Source: an uncultured bacterium
GTDB lineage: Bacteria > Krumholzibacteriota > Krumholzibacteriia > Krumholzibacteriales > Krumholzibacteriaceae
Assembly (NCBI GenBank): GCA_965371515.1
Contig: CBDUYR010000002.1
Location: 50,203-114,202, forward strand
DNA length: 64,000 nucleotides
Direction of reading: 5' to 3'
The first letter of the stretch is position 1; each line of letters opens with the position of its first letter. Positions 58,815-64,000 of this stretch are shown one piece after another. Below the pieces are notes generated by a model, which searched no databases, was not told the origin of the DNA, and saw only the letters and a program-made list of their open reading frames with translations. The position numbers were made by a program, and so were the translations under genes.

Positions 58815-60143
58815 ATGATGCATACCAGGAAAATATTGACGGCAGCGTCAATGCTTCTGCTTGTTCTCGCACTCCCGGCTGCCTCCGGGGCCCAGCTCAT
58901 GGGAGTACTCACCCTCGAGAGGCTCTCCACTCTGGACACATGGGGAACGGGAGCCAAAGCCTGGGGGATGGGCGGCGCCTATATCTCGATAAGTGATGAC
59001 GCTCTGGGGCTGATCTACAACCCGGCCGGTATTGCGCGTTCGAGTGGCAGGGAGGTCTCGTTCGGCATGCACCAGCTCTGGCAGGACATCGACGAGAACT
59101 ACGACGGCACCATGACGGGCACGCAGGGTTCGTACACTGCCTTCGGCCATATCGCTGCTATCTTCCCCTACGAGACCTACACCACCGACCTGAAGTTCGG
59201 ATTCGGCGTCTTCAGGGTCGGCTCATCGAACCTCGAATACGTCAAGGAGGCACCGAGGCCTGACCTCGGCGGCGACGTGAAAAACGTCTTCCTCCAGACC
59301 GGAAACATATATCACTACAAATTCGCCGTCGCGGGGAATATATCGAGAAACATAGCTGTCGGCGGGACATTCGTCATCTGGGACGAATCGCTGGACTTCA
59401 CCGAGGAGCTCTCGTTTTCCGGGGCGGGAGATTCAACGTACGCGTTCACCGACAACGTCACTGCCGACCTCGACGGCTACAGTTTTGAATTCGGCATCAT
59501 CGCCAGGCTGAGCACATTCTTCCATGCCGGGCTCGTGTTCTCTACGCCCGCCTGGATCACTTATCAGGGATCTGGTTCCAACTATTACGACGGCACTTTT
59601 CAGAACGGATCGGAATGGTCATACGATCCCTTTCCATTCTACGGCGAGGAGAAGTTCACCCTCCCGATGAATTTCCGTTTCGGCACGTCGCTTCAGGCCG
59701 AGAACCTGGTCGTAGCACTCGACATCTCGTACACAGATTACAGGCAGACCGAGTACAACGGACAGAGGATATACTACGAGAACGATCCCACGGTAGACGT
59801 CCTCCGGCAGGTCTGGTCGTACAGGGCCGGGGCGGAGCTGACGCTCCCATGGACCTCTCTCTCACTCAGAGCCGGATATATGTACCTGCCATTGCCGTTC
59901 ATGGGTATGGACGAGCTCAGATATATGACAGAGGACAACGAATACGAGCCTGTAACCGAGTGGGACTTCACGACGACAAAGGAGGATAGGCATTACTACA
60001 CGGCCGGTATCGGATACGTCTTCGACGATGTCCTCGCACTCGACGTCGCGGTGTCAAGGGGCGGCTTCGAGAGGTCGACCATCTGGCTGACCGATAAGAG
60101 GGTCAGCACCGAATTCATCGTTTCGGCCGCATACAGGTTCTGA
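58815..60143 (+). CDS. FadL/OmpP1/TodX family outer membrane hydrophobic-compound transport protein
   Basis: Signal peptide, an N-terminal hatch motif (GTGAKAWGMGGAYISISDDALGLIYNPAGIA) and a beta-barrel ending with an aromatic residue (AAYRF). Confidence 0.7.
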   Translation: MMHTRKILTAASMLLLVLALPAASGAQLMGVLTLERLSTLDTWGTGAKAWGMGGAYISISDDALGLIYNPAGIARSSGREVSFGMHQLWQDIDENYDGTMTGTQGSYTAFGHIAAIFPYETYTTDLKFGFGVFRVGSSNLEYVKEAPRPDLGGDVKNVFLQTGNIYHYKFAVAGNISRNIAVGGTFVIWDESLDFTEELSFSGAGDSTYAFTDNVTADLDGYSFEFGIIARLSTFFHAGLVFSTPAWITYQGSGSNYYDGTFQNGSEWSYDPFPFYGEEKFTLPMNFRFGTSLQAENLVVALDISYTDYRQTEYNGQRIYYENDPTVDVLRQVWSYRAGAELTLPWTSLSLRAGYMYLPLPFMGMDELRYMTEDNEYEPVTEWDFTTTKEDRHYYTAGIGYVFDDVLALDVAVSRGGFERSTIWLTDKRVSTEFIVSAAYRF

Positions 60144-60162
60144 TCAGCAGAAAACAACTCCG

Positions 60163-61068
60163 CTATTTGAGGGACGGTTCCGGCCGTCCTTTTTCTTTTG
60201 TGCCCGTGTCGTGCAGAATCCTGCAGAGCTCCTCGAGCAGCAGGACAAATCTCGGGCCGGGGATCGCTGCATACCTTCCTGTGAGAATATACAGCCTTCC
60301 CTTACCTACGGCCTCGAGGAGGTCGAAAGATTCCCAGTCGGAAGCTATCGCATCGGCGGACAAGCCTCTCTCCTTTGCTCCGGGAACGATCTCTATGATC
60401 ACGTCGGGTTTCAGGTGAACTAGACTCTCCGGTGAGAGCAGCGGATACGCAGGAGAAGCCGTGGTCACGACGTTTCTACCGCCCGCCGCACGGAGAAGCT
60501 CGTCGTACCAGGTGCCTTTCCCCGCAGCGTACACCTCCGCGGGAACAACACCGTACTGCCGGTCCACTACGATAAGCACTCCCGGCCTCTCGCCGTCATC
60601 GCCTGCAGGGCATGCCGAAACGCAGATCGCCTCGAGAGAATCAGCCAGCTGCGCACCTCTCTCCTCCACCCCGCACTTTTCACCTATCGTCCTTACTGTC
60701 CCTATGATCTCGGAGATCGTCTCGTTGGGAACAGTGAGATGCTCGATGCCCAGTTCGTCGAGAAATAAACGCAGCCTCTCGTGCGCGGGCAACACGATCA
60801 CGAGGTCCGGTTCGAGAGAGACGATCGCCTCGATGTTGGGATCGAAGTAACCCCCGATTCCGGGTTTCTCCACGGCTTCCGGCGGCCAGGTACAGAACCG
60901 GGTGACGCCGGCCACCTCTTCCCCGAGCCCCAGAGCGTAGAGTGTCTCAGTGATGTTGGGAGCGAGTGAGACGATCCTGCTGTACTCCGACGCAGTAAGA
61001 TGCGCCGTCATGGATAGAATCGCTGAGGAAATGATCGTGAGAATGAATGCAGCCGTCCCTGTTCTCAT
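60163..61068 (-). CDS. BtuF/TroA-like (cluster A) periplasmic substrate-binding protein; orphan (no permease or ATPase nearby)
   Basis: Signal peptide; IVSLAPNITETLYALGLGEEVAGVT and a later PDLVIV segment match the cobalamin/siderophore binding protein fold. Confidence 0.65.
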   Translation of the reverse strand: MRTGTAAFILTIISSAILSMTAHLTASEYSRIVSLAPNITETLYALGLGEEVAGVTRFCTWPPEAVEKPGIGGYFDPNIEAIVSLEPDLVIVLPAHERLRLFLDELGIEHLTVPNETISEIIGTVRTIGEKCGVEERGAQLADSLEAICVSACPAGDDGERPGVLIVVDRQYGVVPAEVYAAGKGTWYDELLRAAGGRNVVTTASPAYPLLSPESLVHLKPDVIIEIVPGAKERGLSADAIASDWESFDLLEAVGKGRLYILTGRYAAIPGPRFVLLLEELCRILHDTGTKEKGRPEPSLK

Positions 61069-61556
61069 CAGTCTGTCTTGCGGCTGATTCCTCTGAGGAT
61101 GGAGAGGTACGCGTCGTCGAGCTTAGAAAGCATATCCTCGGAGAGACCCCCTCCTGTCTCCATGATCTGCGTGTAATACTGTTCGAGGTATCTGCAGAGA
61201 AAAACGTTCTGCCTCTCTATCTGATCGTCGATCAGCTTGAGGGCCTCGGCGCGGCTCGCGAGGACAGCTTCGTCCTCTTCCCTGTTCGATGCGTTGTGGA
61301 AGTAATCGTTGAGGAGCTGCAGCCAGTACGTATCGTGCCTGCCGCCGTTGTCGAAAACACAGCCTGGTTCGTCTATGAGGAAACAGTATCCGTACACGAA
61401 ATATGAGCAGTTGAGCATTCCCTGCAGAAAGAGGCGCCTGTGGCAATCGATCGTCATCTCGTCGAGATTGCAGGGGAGATTACATTCCTCGCAGAAGGCC
61501 TCGGTGTCCCCGCCGAAGGTGAACGGAAGGTTGGTCGCCTTGGATTTATCTCCCAT
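61068..61556 (-). CDS. Cys-rich hypothetical protein co-transcribed with the BtuF-like binding protein
   Basis: 162 aa with Cys clusters (CEECNLPCN...C; CSYFVYGYC). No signal peptide. Its stop abuts the binding-protein start. Confidence 0.45.
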   Translation of the reverse strand: MGDKSKATNLPFTFGGDTEAFCEECNLPCNLDEMTIDCHRRLFLQGMLNCSYFVYGYCFLIDEPGCVFDNGGRHDTYWLQLLNDYFHNASNREEDEAVLASRAEALKLIDDQIERQNVFLCRYLEQYYTQIMETGGGLSEDMLSKLDDAYLSILRGISRKTD

Positions 61557-61569
61557 CTTTCCCTCTCTC

Positions 61570-62325
61570 CTAGTGGATGCGCCTGAGCTTCTTGAGAGCC
61601 TCCTTGGCGGCTATCTGCTCGGCGTCCTTCTTGCTTTTTCCCCTGCCCTTTCCCGTGACGCCGTGCCCGGCCCTTACCTCGACGATGAATATCTTGTCAT
61701 GTTCAGGGCCTGTTGTCGACCTTATCCTGTATTTGGGATATGTTTTGAACCTGCTCTGGGTCCATTCCTGCAGGTGGCTCTTGTAATTGACATGGTCCGT
61801 ATGATCGATAATTACGTCTACGTCGTCGAGAATGACCTTCTCCACCATTGCCCTGGCGCTCTCGAGGCCGTCGTCCAGATAGATGCCTCCAATTATCGCC
61901 TCGAGAACAGCCGTCTGGATCGAATCCTGCCCGTGCACTCCTCCCTTGAATGCGTTGTCGCTCAATATGACATGATCTTTCAGATCGATCGCCTCGGCCT
62001 TCTTCGACAGCACGGTCTGGCTTACGAGCAGGGATTTCTTCTGGGTGAGCTGGCCTTCGTTCTCCTCGGGAAAGTTCCTGACGAGGAAATCTGTCGTGAC
62101 CAGCGCGAGTACGGAATCGCCGAGAAATTCCAGCCTCTCGTAGGTAATGCCCTCTTCGCCCGGCTTCAGCTCGCCGAGCACGGAACGATGGGTAAGCGCC
62201 TCTATAACGAGTTTTCTGTTGCGGAATCTGTAGCCGATCTTCTCTTCGAGCAGGGGAATGTGCTCAGGGCCGTCGACTTCGACCGGCCTGAATAATCTTC
62301 TGAATGCATCAAGGAACATGGCCAT
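61570..62325 (-). CDS. rnc: Ribonuclease III
   Basis: RNase III signature ERLEFLGDSVL and a C-terminal dsRBD. 251 aa. Confidence 0.9.
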   Translation of the reverse strand: MAMFLDAFRRLFRPVEVDGPEHIPLLEEKIGYRFRNRKLVIEALTHRSVLGELKPGEEGITYERLEFLGDSVLALVTTDFLVRNFPEENEGQLTQKKSLLVSQTVLSKKAEAIDLKDHVILSDNAFKGGVHGQDSIQTAVLEAIIGGIYLDDGLESARAMVEKVILDDVDVIIDHTDHVNYKSHLQEWTQSRFKTYPKYRIRSTTGPEHDKIFIVEVRAGHGVTGKGRGKSKKDAEQIAAKEALKKLRRIH

Positions 62326-62341
62326 TTGTCCCGATTGCTCT

Positions 62342-63583
62342 TTACTGCTCGAATCTCTTCAATAGAAGGCTTACGTTGTGCCCGCCAAAACCGAAGGAAT
62401 TGCTCAGCACGTATTCGAGCTTTTTGCCGATTGCTTTCTTCGGTACGTGGTTGAGCTGGCACACCGGATCGATGTTTTCCAGGTTGGCAGTCGGCGGAAT
62501 CGTCTGCTCGAGCATGGCCTTGACGCACATGATGAACTCGAAAGCAGCGGCAGCGCCGAGCATGTGTCCCGAGCACGATTTGGTAGAGCTGACGTGGGGG
62601 CTATTCATCTCACCGAATATTGTCCTGACAGCTTCAGCTTCCGATTTGTCGTTGTACTGCGTCGACGTTCCATGGGCGTTGATGTATCCAATAGCGTCCG
62701 GCTCGATACCCGCGTCGCGAATGGCCATCCTCATCGACTCGACCGCGCCGGCTCCGCCCGGTGCCGGAGACGTGATGTGATAGGCATCTCCCGTCATCCC
62801 GACACCGACCAGTTCGGCAACTATCTCAGCCCCGCGGGCCCTGGCATACTCGAGATCCTCGAGCAGGACGAGCGCGGCCCCCTCGGCCATTACAAAGCCG
62901 TCCCTGTCGACGTCGAACGGGCGGCTCGCCCCCTTCGGATCGTCGTTGCGCGTGGACAGGGCCTTCATCGAACAGAAGCCTCCGAGAGCCATCGGCGAGA
63001 TCGTCCCCTCTGTGCCGCCGGTCAGGATCGCTTTCGCATAGCCCTGCTTGATCATCATGAACGATGTCGCTATTCCGTGCCCCGCCGAGGCACACGCCGA
63101 TACGGTGGCGAAATTGGGCCCCTTCAGCCCGTACCTGATCGATACGAGCCCCGATGACATGTCGACTATCATCATGGGAATAAAGAAGGGACTGATCTTC
63201 GCGGGTCCCTTGCTGACGTAGTTTGAGTGCTGCTTTTCGAAGGTCCGAATGCCTCCGATCCCCGACGCGATGATGGTCCCGACATCATTACCATCGTAAC
63301 CGGTCTCCTCGAGAGACTTCATCGCCTCGGCCGAAGCGGCCATGGCAAGTTGCGAGGAGCGGTCCATTCGCTTCGATTCCTTGCGGTCGATATACTCGAG
63401 CGGATCGAAATCCCTGACTTCGCCTGCGATCTGTGATGTATATTCGCTGACATCAAACGCGGTGATCGTATCGTAGCCCGGTATTCCCGCCGAGACGTTC
63501 TTCCAGTTCTCCTCGACGGTTTTTCCGCAGCAACTAACCACGCCCATGCCTGTTACGACCACTCTTCCGCCATCGGTGGACAC
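62342..63583 (-). CDS. fabF: 3-oxoacyl-ACP synthase II
   Basis: KAS II active-site regions (SACASAGHGI; the HGTST His box; GHMLGAAA). 413 aa. Confidence 0.9.
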   Translation of the reverse strand: MSTDGGRVVVTGMGVVSCCGKTVEENWKNVSAGIPGYDTITAFDVSEYTSQIAGEVRDFDPLEYIDRKESKRMDRSSQLAMAASAEAMKSLEETGYDGNDVGTIIASGIGGIRTFEKQHSNYVSKGPAKISPFFIPMMIVDMSSGLVSIRYGLKGPNFATVSACASAGHGIATSFMMIKQGYAKAILTGGTEGTISPMALGGFCSMKALSTRNDDPKGASRPFDVDRDGFVMAEGAALVLLEDLEYARARGAEIVAELVGVGMTGDAYHITSPAPGGAGAVESMRMAIRDAGIEPDAIGYINAHGTSTQYNDKSEAEAVRTIFGEMNSPHVSSTKSCSGHMLGAAAAFEFIMCVKAMLEQTIPPTANLENIDPVCQLNHVPKKAIGKKLEYVLSNSFGFGGHNVSLLLKRFEQ

Positions 63584-63628
63584 TTTACCCCCCTGATCTC
63601 ATGATAGTTCGAAGTCAGCCGGCGACGG

Positions 63629-63868
63629 CTACTCGGTCACGTGCGCCTTGATATAATCTACGGCCTCGCCGACCTTCGTGATCTTTTCCGCCTCTTCGTC
63701 GGGGATCTCCACCCCGAATTCTTCCTCGAGAGCCATCACGAGCTCGACGGTATCGAGCGAATCGGCCCCGAGATCGTCTATGAAAGACGCCGCCGTTGTA
63801 ATCTGGTCCTGGTTAACGGAAAGCTGATCCTCTACGACCTTCTTTACTCTTTCTTCTACTGTACTCAT
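63629..63868 (-). CDS. acpP: Acyl carrier protein
   Basis: Phosphopantetheine site [21 protein letters not shown]. The start was set at the internal Met (MSTVEER). Confidence 0.9.
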   Translation of the reverse strand: MSTVEERVKKVVEDQLSVNQDQITTAASFIDDLGADSLDTVELVMALEEEFGVEIPDEEAEKITKVGEAVDYIKAHVTE

Positions 63869-63900
63869 GCCCCCACTTACCTCCTTGTCTTGTTTCCCCG

Positions 63901-64000
63901 TCAACGTGCCATGACCATACCGCCGTCACAGTTTATTACCTGACCCGTGACGTACGCACCCAGCTCCGATACGAGAAACAGCACGACATTTGCGACATCG
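63901..64000 (-). CDS. fabG: 3-oxoacyl-ACP reductase, C-terminal fragment (runs off the window)
   Basis: Minus-strand translation ...[32 protein letters not shown]-stop is a typical FabG/SDR C-terminus, upstream of acpP. Confidence 0.75.
   Translation of the reverse strand, partial: DVANVVLFLVSELGAYVTGQVINCDGGMVMAR

Overview
High-GC (roughly 60%) chromosomal segment from a diderm, LPS-producing bacterium. Several features point to an FCB-superphylum or candidate-phylum lineage, with low confidence: a fused LpxC-FabZ, a GldA/GldF/GldG-like ABC cassette followed by a DUF4340 protein, and many small lipoproteins and TPR proteins of unknown function. The window is almost entirely core housekeeping. 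No transposases, integrases, phage genes, CRISPR arrays, tRNAs or rRNAs were seen. From 18.1 kb to 58.7 kb nearly every gene is on the minus strand and tightly packed, many with 1-4 nt stop/start overlaps. Genes recognised with high confidence are: a partial lon and hsp20 at the left edge; the bamA-skp-lpxD-lpxC/fabZ-lpxA-(Gfo/Idh/MocA oxidoreductase)-lpxB-DUF374-lpxK lipid A cluster; clpC-mcsB-mcsA; lolDC; lysS; prfB, whose +1 programmed frameshift site is visible in the sequence; coaE; polA; nadD; bamD; rimO; ftsK; thiE; accC, accB and efp, with pilT inserted between accB and accC; an ECF sigma/anti-sigma pair; a FadL-like outer-membrane protein; a BtuF-like binding protein; and rnc-fabF-acpP-fabG. 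The only multi-gene plus-strand block (5.7-13.0 kb) holds the Gld-like ABC exporter, the DUF4340 protein and a complete AmmeMemoRadiSam system. In that system the radical SAM enzyme carries a canonical twin-arginine (SRRDFL) signal, and Memo and AMMECR1 are fused behind an N-terminal signal/anchor. This apparently exported radical SAM system next to an ABC exporter is the most unusual thing I can support from the sequence. Other points worth follow-up are a 732-aa membrane protein with a spermidine-synthase domain flanked by two related TM blocks, a Gfo/Idh/MocA gene in the GnnA position of the lpx cluster, and an orphan BtuF-like binding protein paired with a Cys-rich unknown. Long antisense ORFs are common, as expected at this GC content, and were rejected.
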